A DNA stretch of 64,000 nt, taken from the NCBI GenBank assembly GCA_016699445.1, contig CP064976.1, positions 1,618,952 to 1,682,951 on the forward strand, written 5' to 3'. Below the pieces are notes generated by a model. That model had not been told where the DNA came from, did not search any database, and was given only the letters and a program-made list of their open reading frames with translations. This document shows, piece by piece, positions 21,134-30,958 of this stretch. Origin of the DNA: Deltaproteobacteria bacterium. GTDB lineage: Bacteria; UBA10199; JACPAL01; GCA-016699445. Position numbers and translations under genes: made by a program. Positions within the stretch are counted from its first letter, which is position 1. Each line of letters opens with the position of its first letter.

Positions 21134-23323
21134 TTACTTAAGAATGTTTTTTAATGGAGGAAAAGGATAAAAAAAATCGTGATTACTCACTATCCATTTT
21201 GCAATATCATCTTTTAATTGTGAAATGGGTTTATTCCCATTCATGATAATTCCTATAAGATCTTTCCACATCCATTGGCAGCTTTCATCGGCATTATTTA
21301 AAAGAATAATATGTACCATCTGACTGACTTTTGATCGTGTTTTGCAAATATCACGTATTCTATTGATGAGTGTTCCATACCAGCCCTGAGCGGCTGGAGT
21401 GAGGTCTGAAACTTTCATCAGGTGTATTTTTTGATGAGGCTTCGGGCATGGAATGGCTTCTCCTGCAACTATATCCCATACATGAGGCCAAGCTGAAGCT
21501 TCGTTTGTTTCCATAAATTGAGCTATAGATCTCAGAGAATCCTCTGAAGGTAAAATAAGTCGGGCATGACCATCGATTTCAACAATATGAGCCTGGTTTA
21601 AAATATCTAGATCAAGGTTGGGTCCCGCAGAATTTTTAAGTAAGTTTTGAATTAATTCATGGCCTTGGTTTCTTTGGAGTTGTGAGGTTTTCCGTTCATA
21701 CCCAAAAAAAGCGAGGGCTTCTTTAGCTTCTTTTAATAAACTTTTTTCCAATAGAAAGAAGACGATTTCCATAAAATGTAAAATAGTATTGAAGTAATCT
21801 TTTTGCTCTTGGGTTGAAAAATTTTCAGGGATTGAGTCATCCTCTACATTTTTATGTTTTTTCAATTCTTTCCACCAATAAGAGCCCCATTGAACAAATG
21901 ATACGGGACAACCTTCTAGGGAAAATCGATAGCCTTCAGCTTCTCTTTCGGAGAGTCTTCTTTGGTAAGCTTCAAAAAGGGTCTCTTCTTGGATAATGTT
22001 TTGTATGGCTTCGATTCTTATTTGATAGAATGATTGAGCGGGTTCTCCTGGATTTAAAGACTTATGTGCTTTTTGCAGATCAACTCCAACAGCTTGTAAG
22101 CTATAGAGAATGCGCGAAGCTATTTGACTGGCTTCACAGCTTGCTACGAAGTCAGGTGTGCATTCTTTCCAAAAAGTAGATTCCGGAATGAAGGCAAGCT
22201 CAGGATAGAGTGAAAGCATAAATACAGCATGGGAGGTGCGAGTCATTTCAACCCACCGGGCTATTTTAGGATCAGTCCCCTTAGGGATACTAGGAGCGGC
22301 TAAGAAACCTGTTTCAGGTACTGGTGGTTTCTCTGTAAATGTATAAGCAGGGCCAGCTTCTCTTAAAGTTTTTAACTGAGTTTCTAGCTGACGTCTGGAA
22401 TTTATTACTATTTCTAAAACGAGTTCTGTATCACTTTCGATGGTAGGCGCAAAACCTCTTAGTGCAGAATTTTTTGACACATCGGTTTTGATCACTTTAA
22501 TTTTTTTTGTAAGGTCTTCGAATAAAGTTCTGAGTTTTGAAATGTCAGATTGGAGTTCTTCAATCATTTTATCTTGTTCAGATTTTTTTACGATATTCTG
22601 AGGAATAGGTTTTGAGAGGGTAGGTGGAATATCCGAGACGAGTTGACTAATTTTCGCATAAATTCCCTCTAATAGAGAGACCGTTTCTTTTTTACCAGCC
22701 CCCAATGCGGCGGGTCTCTCACAGCAGATCAGTTGTATTTTTGCGCTGGGTGTTTCCAGTCTCTCAAGTCTTTTTTTATAAGATGTTCTTAAAGAAGCGA
22801 TGGCATTATTGATACTGTGATCAGGATCTTGAAGGTGTTTGCCTTGAATATGTGTGAGTAAAGCACCTATTTCACCGAGCTCTCGCAAGGTTTTTTCGTA
22901 ATGTGCTTTTTCTTCAAAAAGAGTCATGGAACCTACGGTAAGGGCAGATTCTGCTGTCTGAACGGCTCCATTTAAGTATTGCTGCGCAGTGCTTGCAACA
23001 GCCGGCGGAACATCCTCTTTAAGTGCAGAGACAATAACTTCTAAAGCCCCTGAAGGAACTCTTTTCTGCATGCAAAGATTAATAAAATCAGGCCATGAAA
23101 AGGGATGTGATAATTTTTGAGAAATACTGCCAGCTAAAGAACGTGCTGCTAGTGCAGCGTTTAGTGAAACAGGTCTTTGAGAAGGATCTTGAAAGTAGGA
23201 GTGGGCATGATTTGCTTGTTGATCAGCTCTTAGGAGCATAGCCGCTAAGTTATCAAATGCGAAAGAAACGTTCCCTACAACGACTGAAAGAGGTTTTGAT
23301 GTTATTGTATCCATGTCTTGCAT
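21134..23323 (-). CDS. Large (729 aa) predominantly alpha-helical hypothetical protein, visibly AT-rich
   Basis: An uninterrupted ORF with no signal peptide and no known motif. Its composition looks more AT-rich than the flanking genes by eye. Confidence 0.4.
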   Translation of the reverse strand: MQDMDTITSKPLSVVVGNVSFAFDNLAAMLLRADQQANHAHSYFQDPSQRPVSLNAALAARSLAGSISQKLSHPFSWPDFINLCMQKRVPSGALEVIVSALKEDVPPAVASTAQQYLNGAVQTAESALTVGSMTLFEEKAHYEKTLRELGEIGALLTHIQGKHLQDPDHSINNAIASLRTSYKKRLERLETPSAKIQLICCERPAALGAGKKETVSLLEGIYAKISQLVSDIPPTLSKPIPQNIVKKSEQDKMIEELQSDISKLRTLFEDLTKKIKVIKTDVSKNSALRGFAPTIESDTELVLEIVINSRRQLETQLKTLREAGPAYTFTEKPPVPETGFLAAPSIPKGTDPKIARWVEMTRTSHAVFMLSLYPELAFIPESTFWKECTPDFVASCEASQIASRILYSLQAVGVDLQKAHKSLNPGEPAQSFYQIRIEAIQNIIQEETLFEAYQRRLSEREAEGYRFSLEGCPVSFVQWGSYWWKELKKHKNVEDDSIPENFSTQEQKDYFNTILHFMEIVFFLLEKSLLKEAKEALAFFGYERKTSQLQRNQGHELIQNLLKNSAGPNLDLDILNQAHIVEIDGHARLILPSEDSLRSIAQFMETNEASAWPHVWDIVAGEAIPCPKPHQKIHLMKVSDLTPAAQGWYGTLINRIRDICKTRSKVSQMVHIILLNNADESCQWMWKDLIGIIMNGNKPISQLKDDIAKWIVSNHDFFYPFPPLKNILK

Positions 23324-23430
23324 TGTCGTTCATGAATAAAAAAAGTTTCGTTTAATCTTAATTTAGCTGACTTTATGATTTTTTATCAGTTTGACTCTTA
23401 AATACGGACCCTCTAAAACGATTAGTCTTT

Positions 23431-26189
23431 ATGCCTAGTTATCTATCGAATATTAATGCAGCTTACATTGAGGAGCTGGAACAGAAATATCATGAAAATC
23501 CAGGTGGGATTGATCCTAGTTGGCGGTATTTTTTTGATGGTTTGAGTGTGCAGCAAAACTTGAATGATCCTCAAGCTCAAGCGGGCTCAACCATTTCCAG
23601 ATCGGCTCTCGAATTTGAAATTAAAGTCATGCAGTTGATTCAAGGATATCGAGAAATGGGCTATCTCATTGCTGATATCAACCCCTTGGATCGTGGGGTG
23701 AAAACCCATCGTTTGCTCAAGCTTGAGAATTTTGGCCTGACTGAAAATGAGCTTAATAGTGTTTGTCAGATTGGTCATGTTTTGGGTCTAGGAGCGATTC
23801 CTCTTTCGGAAATTATTAAAAACTTAAAATCCTATTATTGTTCGGCTGCGACAGTGGAGTACGAGCATATTGATGATCCTCAAACGCGTGAATGGATTCG
23901 ACGTCATGCAGAGTCAGGGATTTTGAGTCAGCCGGTGGATAAAGAAACCAAGCTTCAAGCCCTTCAAAAACTATGTGAGGCTGAAGTTTTTGAAAGTTTT
24001 CTTCATCGCAGATTTGTGGGACAAAAACGTTTTTCTGGAGAAGGTGTTGATGCGATTATCCCATTTTTGGATTACGTCATAGAGCAAGCGGCTGAGGTGG
24101 GAGCTGATGAGATTTTGTTGGGTATGGCTCATCGGGGGCGTTTGTGTGTTTTAGCTAATATATTTAAAAAAGATTTGAATGTGATGTTCGCTGAATTTTC
24201 CGGAAATCTATCGGCCAATGTGGGTGATGGTGATGTGAAGTATCACATGGGTTTTTCCAAAAATATCAAAACCAAGAATGGAAAAACTGTTCATCTCTCG
24301 CTTCTTCCTAACCCCAGTCATCTTGAAGCTGTGAATGCTGTTGTTGTCGGGACTGCCCGTGCCAAGCAGGGCTTGAAACAAGACGCTGAACAAACCAAAG
24401 TGATTCCGATCCTCTTGCATGGAGATGCTTCTTTTGCAGGCCAGGGCAGTGTTTACGAACTTCTCAATATGTCTGAATTGGAAGGTTATCACGTAGGTGG
24501 GACCATCCATGTGATTTTAAACAATCAAGTGGGTTTTACCACCAACCCTCGTGATGCTCGATCGACACCACATTCGACGGACGTGGCTAAGATGCTGGAA
24601 GTGCCTATTTTTCGTGTGAATGGAGATGAAGTGGAAGCGGTGATTCAAGTGGCCGCATTGGCTCTGAAATTTCGTCAGGAATTTAAGAGAGATGTGGTTA
24701 TCGATTTGATGGGTTATCGTCGCTATGGTCACAATGAAGGTGATGAGCCCACTTTTACTCAGCCTTTGATGTATCAGCTGATCAATAATCACCCTCGAGT
24801 CTTCGATATTTTTGCGCGTCGTTTGGTTCAAAATAAAGTTGTCGAGCAATCTCATGTGGATGGAATTGTGAATGAGTTTACCTCCACACTTGAAGATGCT
24901 TTGGTGGTTTCAAAAGAATTCAAAATATCATCCCAGATGCATTCGTTTGGTGATCGCTGGAAATCTTTTCATAAAGGTACTGAAGTGGAAGTTTTTAAAT
25001 CGGTAAAAACAGAAGTATCACTGGAGAGTTTGAAATCTGTGGGAGAGAAAATACTGGCTTCTCCCATGGGATTTAATGTTCATCCAAAAATCAAAAAACT
25101 CATCGAAGATAGAAAAGAGATGGTGGAAGGTCGCAAGCCTATAGACTGGAGTGTGGGTGAGGCCTTTGCATTCGGTACTTTGATACAAGATGGATATAAA
25201 GTGCGGCTCTCGGGGCAGGATTGCGAAAGGGGCACTTTTTCTCATCGCCATGCTGTTTTTAATGATGTGGTAACCGGTGCGAAATATGTGTCTTTGGATC
25301 CAAAGAGATCTTTTGATCCTGATTTTGAAGTCGTGAATAGTTTGTTGTCAGAGTATGCCGTTTTGGGTTTTGAATTTGGACAAAGTATTTCAAACCCCAG
25401 AAAACTCACCTTGTGGGAAGCTCAGTTTGGTGATTTTGCCAATGGTGCTCAAATCATTATCGATCAATTTATCACAACGTCAGCAGCCAAGTGGCAGCGT
25501 TATAGTGGACTCGTGATGCTGCTACCACATGGTTATGAAGGTCAGGGCCCTGAGCATTCTTCGGGTCGTTTGGAACGCTTTTTACAAGCGTGTTCCCAGA
25601 ATAATATTCAAGTATGTAATCTGACTACGCCAGCTCAATATTTTCATGTATTGCGTCGACAGATGTTGAGGGACTTTCGATTGCCCTTGATCGTCATGTC
25701 TCCTAAGAGTCTTTTAAGAAGCCCTGCAGCGGTATCATCTCTTGAAGATTTTCAAAAAGGACATTTTCAGGAAGTGATTGATGATGTTCAGATAGAAAAT
25801 AAAAAGAAAGCGAAGAGAATCGTTTTTGTAGTGGTAAGATTTACTACGAACTTTTGGACACCCGTCAGAAGAGTAAAGACGAATCAGTCAAAAATATCCC
25901 TATTATTCGCGTGGAGCAGTTTTACCCTTTCCCTCAAGCTCGTTGGGAAGAAATTTTGTCTCAATATCCCAACGCCAAGGAAATTGTCTGGTGTCAGGAA
26001 GGCCCTCAAAATATGGAAGGTTGGAGTTTTATTTTTCAGAGAGTGATGCCTCTTTTGCAAAGAAATCAGGAATTGATTTATGCAGGACGCAATCCTCAAG
26101 CTAGCCCTGCAGATGGTTTTATGCACTTGCATTTGCAGGAGCAAAAACGGATCTGTCAGGAAGCGTTAGGCGAAAAACAAAAAGGTTAA
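23431..26189 (+). CDS. sucA: 2-oxoglutarate dehydrogenase E1 component, with an apparent 1-bp frameshift in a T5 run at ~25823-25827
   Basis: E1o/TPP motifs run throughout. The C-terminal block DTRQKSKDESVKNIPIIRVEQFYPFP..EIVWCQEGPQNMEGW continues in the -1 frame, and one extra T restores KRIVFCSGKIYYELLDTRQ. Confidence 0.9.
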
Positions 26190-26192
26190 TTT

Positions 26193-27415
26193 ATGAAACA
26201 TGAAGTGATCGTTCCCTCTGCGGGAGAGTCAGTGAGTGAAGTTTTTATTGCGGGTTGGAGAAAGAAAAGCGGGGATCTTGTCAAAAAAGATGAAATTCTC
26301 GTGGATCTAGAAACCCAAAAAGCTTCCTTTGAGCTTCAATCTGAATTTGGTGGTCGCTTGGAAGTTTTGTTTCCCAACAATGATACCAAAGTAAAGCCAG
26401 GAGATGTGATTGCTTATGTGGATGATGGCCCTGGTGCTCAGGATACAGCTTCTGTTTCTTCAGAACCAGTAGCGAAAACTTCAAGCTCTTTTGAAGTGGA
26501 ACAAGCTGTGAGCCCTGCAGCGCGCAAAATGGCTGCTGAAAAAAATGTTAATTTAGCTTCCGTGCAAGGTACCGGTAAAAGTGGTGTGATCTTAAAAGAA
26601 GATATTCAAAGAGCTGCCGAAGCTCCTCAAAAGTGGCGGCTCAACCTGCTCCAACGCCATCAGCCACTTCCCAGTCGACAGTTCTCAATTATCAAATCGA
26701 CGAATCTCGTGGAGAGAGACGGGTGCCGGCCTCGCGCATTCGTAAGCAGATTGCGATGAATTTGGTGGCAGCCCAACATACAGCGGCCATTCTGACGACG
26801 TTTAATGAAGTGGATATGACGCAGGTTTTGGAATTCAGGAAAAAATACAAAGATCAGTTTAAAGAAAAATATGGAGTGAACTTGGGGATGGTGAGTCCTT
26901 TTGCTCTAGCAACCGTTCGTGCGATCAAGATGTATCCTCAGGTGAATAATATTTTTACAGGAGAAGATATTATTCAAAGAGACTTTGTGGATCTTTCGAT
27001 TGCTGTCAGTACGGATAATGGTTTGGTGGTTCCTGTGCTTCGCAATGTGGATAAAATGAATGTAGCTTCATTTGAAAAAGGTCTTTCGGAGTTAGCGGAA
27101 AAAGCTCGTTCCCGAAAACTTTCCATTCCTGAAATGACGGGTGGAACATTTACCATTACCAATGGTGGTGTGTTTGGATCGTTGATTTCAACACCTATTC
27201 TCAACATGCCTCAGGCGGCGATTTTGGGACTTCACAAAACACAAGAGCGTCCTGTGGTGGTGGATAAGCAGATTGTTATTCGCCCTATGATGTATATGGC
27301 CCTTTCTTATGATCATCGGATTATCGACGGTCGTGAAGCTGTTGGATTTTTAGTGGCTATCAAGGAAGGTATTGAGAATTTGAGTTTGATTATTAATGAA
27401 AAGGAGCTTTTCTAA
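26193..27415 (+). CDS. sucB: Dihydrolipoyllysine-residue succinyltransferase (E2o), with an apparent 1-bp frameshift in an A4 run at ~26629-26632
   Basis: The lipoyl domain (..DLETQKASFEL..), the E3-binding domain (AVSPAARKMAAEKNVNLASVQGTGKSGVI) and the catalytic domain (..TTFNEVDM.., DHRIIDGREAV) are all present, with the catalytic domain in the -1 frame. Confidence 0.85.
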
Positions 27416-27416
27416 T

Positions 27417-28820
27417 ATGGCTGACTCTCAAAATTTTGATTTGGTTGTGATCGGAGCGGGTCCTGGTGGTTATGTAGCCGCGATTCGTGCGGCACAATTA
27501 GGTATGAATGTCGCCTGTGTTGAAAAAGAATCCACACTGGGTGGTACCTGTCTCAATGTCGGTTGCATTCCCAGTAAAGCTCTTTTGGAATCTTCCGAAC
27601 TCTATGCTCAAGCCAAAGAAAAATTTCAGGATCATGGGATTGGTCTTAAAGATCTTTCGATCGACATGAAAAAGTTTATCGATCGGAAAGATAAAGTCGT
27701 CAAACAGCTCACCGGCGGCATTGCGGGGCTTTTTAAGAAAAATAAAATCACTTCCATTTTTGGTACGGCTCAAGTGGGTCGTGATCGTTCAGTTTCTGTC
27801 ACCACCAAAGACGGTGTTGTGCAGCTTTTGGCCAAACATGTGATTATTGCGACCGGAAGTCAGCCGATTGCGATTCCCGGTGTGGAGATGGATGGGAAGA
27901 CTATTATTGATTCCACAGGTGCTCTCAATCTTTCAGAAGTGCCCGGCACAATGGTGGTCATTGGTGGTGGTGTGATTGGGTTGGAGTTGGGTTCTGTTTA
28001 TGCGCGGTTGGGAAGTAAGATTATTGTGCTGGAAGCTTTAGACCGTATTGCTCCGTCGCTTGATGTGGAAGTGGGAAAAACTTTTCAGCGTATTCTTTCT
28101 AAACAAGGGATGGAATTTCATCTTTCTACAAAAGTGAAAAAAGCTGTTTCTAAGGGAAATCAAGTGGAAGTGACCGTTGAAGCTGAAGGTAAAGAATCGG
28201 TGATTGTGTGCGATAAAGTTCTCGTGGCTGTAGGTCGTAAACCTTATGTCACAGGTCTGGGTTTAGCAGAAGCGGGTATTAAGCTGGATGAACGTGGCCG
28301 TATTGATGTGAACGATCATTTTGAGACATCTCTGAAAGGTGTTTATGCGATTGGTGATGTGATCAAAGGAGCGATGTTGGCACACAAAGCTTCAGAAGAA
28401 GGTGTGGCTTTGGTTGAGCAATTAGCCGGTCAGGCAGGTCATGTGAATTACCATACGATTCCCAGTGTGGTGTACACCTGGCCCGAAGTGGCTTCTGTGG
28501 GTTTTACAGAAGAGGAGGCTAAGGCTAAGGGTGTGGATTATAAAGTGTCGAAATTTCCCTTTTTAGCCAGCGGTCGTGCGATTGCGATGAATGAGAAAGA
28601 TGGTTTTGTAAAACTCATTGCCGATAAAAAGACGGATCGTCTTTTGGGCGCTCACATTCTGGGCCCTCGAGCCTCCGATATGATAGCAGAGCTGGTGATT
28701 GCGATGGAATTTGGTTCCAGTGCCGAGGACATTGCGAGGACTTGCCATGCTCATCCGACCTTGGCCGAATCTGTGAAAGAAGCTGCCTTGGCTCTTGGAA
28801 CCGGCGCAATTCATATATAA
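27417..28820 (+). CDS. lpdA: Dihydrolipoyl dehydrogenase (E3)
   Basis: The FAD motif GAGPGGYVAA, the redox-active disulfide GGTCLNVGCIPSK, the NAD motif and the C-terminal HAHPTLAE are present. Confidence 0.9.
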   Translation: MADSQNFDLVVIGAGPGGYVAAIRAAQLGMNVACVEKESTLGGTCLNVGCIPSKALLESSELYAQAKEKFQDHGIGLKDLSIDMKKFIDRKDKVVKQLTGGIAGLFKKNKITSIFGTAQVGRDRSVSVTTKDGVVQLLAKHVIIATGSQPIAIPGVEMDGKTIIDSTGALNLSEVPGTMVVIGGGVIGLELGSVYARLGSKIIVLEALDRIAPSLDVEVGKTFQRILSKQGMEFHLSTKVKKAVSKGNQVEVTVEAEGKESVIVCDKVLVAVGRKPYVTGLGLAEAGIKLDERGRIDVNDHFETSLKGVYAIGDVIKGAMLAHKASEEGVALVEQLAGQAGHVNYHTIPSVVYTWPEVASVGFTEEEAKAKGVDYKVSKFPFLASGRAIAMNEKDGFVKLIADKKTDRLLGAHILGPRASDMIAELVIAMEFGSSAEDIARTCHAHPTLAESVKEAALALGTGAIHI

Positions 28821-28978
28821 TTTTAAAAATTTCTCAGAAAAAACATCTCTCGAAAAAAACATAGCAACTTTTTTGCCTTTTTTGACGATGTGCGTCATGA
28901 GAGGTTTCTATGTTTCTAAATCGTTTAGCTCCCGGATGTTTTCATGCCGCTTGTGATGTCGGTGGTGGATTTCGTGAA

Positions 28979-29356
28979 ATGAATCCTAAACATACTGTTT
29001 TAGTTGTTGATGATGACGCTGTTCAGAGAGCTCTCTTGGCGAGGATACTGGATATTAGCGGATATCATGTTTTAACAGCAGCTAATGGTCGTGAAGCTCT
29101 GACTATTTTGAAACAGAAGTCTGTAGAAGTTATTGTGACTGATGTAGATATGCCTGAAATGTCGGGGATTGAATTGGTCAGAGAAGTGAAGGAGCATCCC
29201 GTTTTAGGAGCGCCACTGTTGGGTGTCGTTATCCTGTCAGGTTTAGAAATTCATCGTGATGAGGCTCTCGGATTAGGAGTTTCGAATCTAATTTTTGGGG
29301 TTAAACCGATTGATGTTGAATCGCTTTTAGAGAAATTTTCCAAATTTTTTCGATAA
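28979..29356 (+). CDS. CheY-like single-domain response regulator
   Basis: The receiver-domain motifs VLVVDDD..VTDVDMPEMSGIEL are present. The start is chosen at MNPKHTV; the ORF track starts at 28910. Confidence 0.65.
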   Translation: MNPKHTVLVVDDDAVQRALLARILDISGYHVLTAANGREALTILKQKSVEVIVTDVDMPEMSGIELVREVKEHPVLGAPLLGVVILSGLEIHRDEALGLGVSNLIFGVKPIDVESLLEKFSKFFR

Positions 29357-29421
29357 TTTTATCCGCTCCATCTTATTAAAATCTCTGATACTTTCTGAGA
29401 ATGTCATTTTAGTCAGACGTT

Positions 29422-29952
29422 GTGATGATCCAGTCGGAGCAACTTTTATCCAGCTTTGACGAAAAATCTAATCAAGGAGTTTCTATGATTAGTTTTTCTC
29501 GTGCGATGAATTATGGTTTTGTTGTGCTGTCACCAGGCGAAGTTCCTGCTGGTGGTCCTGCAGTTGCTCCTCAAAGGATCGTATTAGTTGTAGAGGATGA
29601 AGGTCCAATTAGAAGTATTCTCTCCAGAGGGTTACAAAAAGGTAATTATACAGTTCTTACCGCTGAAAATGGCCAGGTTGCACTGGGAATACTTAAAGAG
29701 AGAGGAAACCAGATTGGTGCGCTGCTGACTGATATGGATATGCCAGTTATGAATGGAATAGCTTTAATAACAGCCATTCGTGCAGGACAGACACCAGAAT
29801 TTACAGGGGGAATATTGGCTATGAGTGGCAGGATGGGTGATCATCAGCCGACTTTGGAAAGTCTTGGAATTCTTCCTCAGAATATGCTTCTAAAACCATT
29901 TACATTAAGCGTCATTTTAGCCGCCGTTGAATCTGTATTTCAAAATCCTTAA
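29422..29952 (+). CDS. CheY-like response regulator with a ~45-aa N-terminal extension
   Basis: The receiver-domain motifs IVLVVEDEG..LTDMDMPVMNGIAL are present. Confidence 0.6.
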   Translation: MMIQSEQLLSSFDEKSNQGVSMISFSRAMNYGFVVLSPGEVPAGGPAVAPQRIVLVVEDEGPIRSILSRGLQKGNYTVLTAENGQVALGILKERGNQIGALLTDMDMPVMNGIALITAIRAGQTPEFTGGILAMSGRMGDHQPTLESLGILPQNMLLKPFTLSVILAAVESVFQNP

Positions 29953-30881
29953 TACAACAATCCACACCTAAGTCCCCGATCACTCACGATCACTTCTGAT
30001 ACAGCCAGTTTTTTCATGATACATTGAAGAATCAGTGTGCCTGCTAAGATGGTGTCTTCACGACCTTTGACCATTCCCACAATCGTTCTTCGTTCTTCGT
30101 TTTTTGTTTTTCGGAATAATTCTACAAAACCATCGATGTCTTGGATTGTTAATAAAGAGCCCTGTACCTTGCTGCCATCCCATTCTTTTAAACTTTGTTT
30201 GATCGCGGAGAGGGTGGTCACAGAACCGGCGAGGCCGATGAGTGTGGGATTTTCGTAGGGGCGTGATTGATCACGCCCGGGCGCAATGAATTGCGCCCCT
30301 ACGATTTTTTCAATTTTATTTTTCATTTCCAAAAACTCCTCTTCAGTCACTGGGTCATGCTTCACAAGCGATTCCGTTAAGATCACCGCTCCCACATCAA
30401 AACTCACACCACCTTCTTTGGAAATGATTTCAGTCGATCCACCGCCAATATCTAAAACATATAAATCTGGATGCTGCGCTCCAAAATCATGTTCGGCTGA
30501 GAGGTAAGAGAGACGCGCTTCTTCATCACCTGAAATAATTCTGACTTCGATGTCTGTTTTATTTTTAATATCGTCGACAAACCCTTGTGCATTCTGTGCT
30601 TTACGAAAAGCGGCGGTGCCGACAGCCAGAATTTTCTCGACACCCAACTCATCACATTTTTTCCTGTAATCCAGCAAAGCACTCAAGACACGTTCGCGCG
30701 CCTCGGGAATAAATTTTTTGGTCTCGTGAAGTTTTTCCCCCAGTCGCGTGATCCGTGCTTCATCATGTAAAACGTGTAGGGGCAAGCCTCCGTGCTTGCC
30801 CTGCGTGCCATGAATACCCGAAACATCAGCAATCAACAGCAATGCTGTATTAGTTCCTAAATCAATCGATGCAATTTTCAT
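29949..30881 (-). CDS. Ppx/GppA-family exopolyphosphatase / guanosine pentaphosphate phosphohydrolase
   Basis: The N-terminal actin-like ATPase motif MKIASIDLGTNTALLLIA and E..VLDIGGGSTE are present. Confidence 0.8.
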   Translation of the reverse strand: MKIASIDLGTNTALLLIADVSGIHGTQGKHGGLPLHVLHDEARITRLGEKLHETKKFIPEARERVLSALLDYRKKCDELGVEKILAVGTAAFRKAQNAQGFVDDIKNKTDIEVRIISGDEEARLSYLSAEHDFGAQHPDLYVLDIGGGSTEIISKEGGVSFDVGAVILTESLVKHDPVTEEEFLEMKNKIEKIVGAQFIAPGRDQSRPYENPTLIGLAGSVTTLSAIKQSLKEWDGSKVQGSLLTIQDIDGFVELFRKTKNEERRTIVGMVKGREDTILAGTLILQCIMKKLAVSEVIVSDRGLRCGLLY

Positions 30882-30958
30882 AATCCCTCATGTTTCTTTG
30901 GACGCCATTTGAAAAATGAATTAAATACTTCGAACTTTTTACAAACAAAAGGAGTTTT

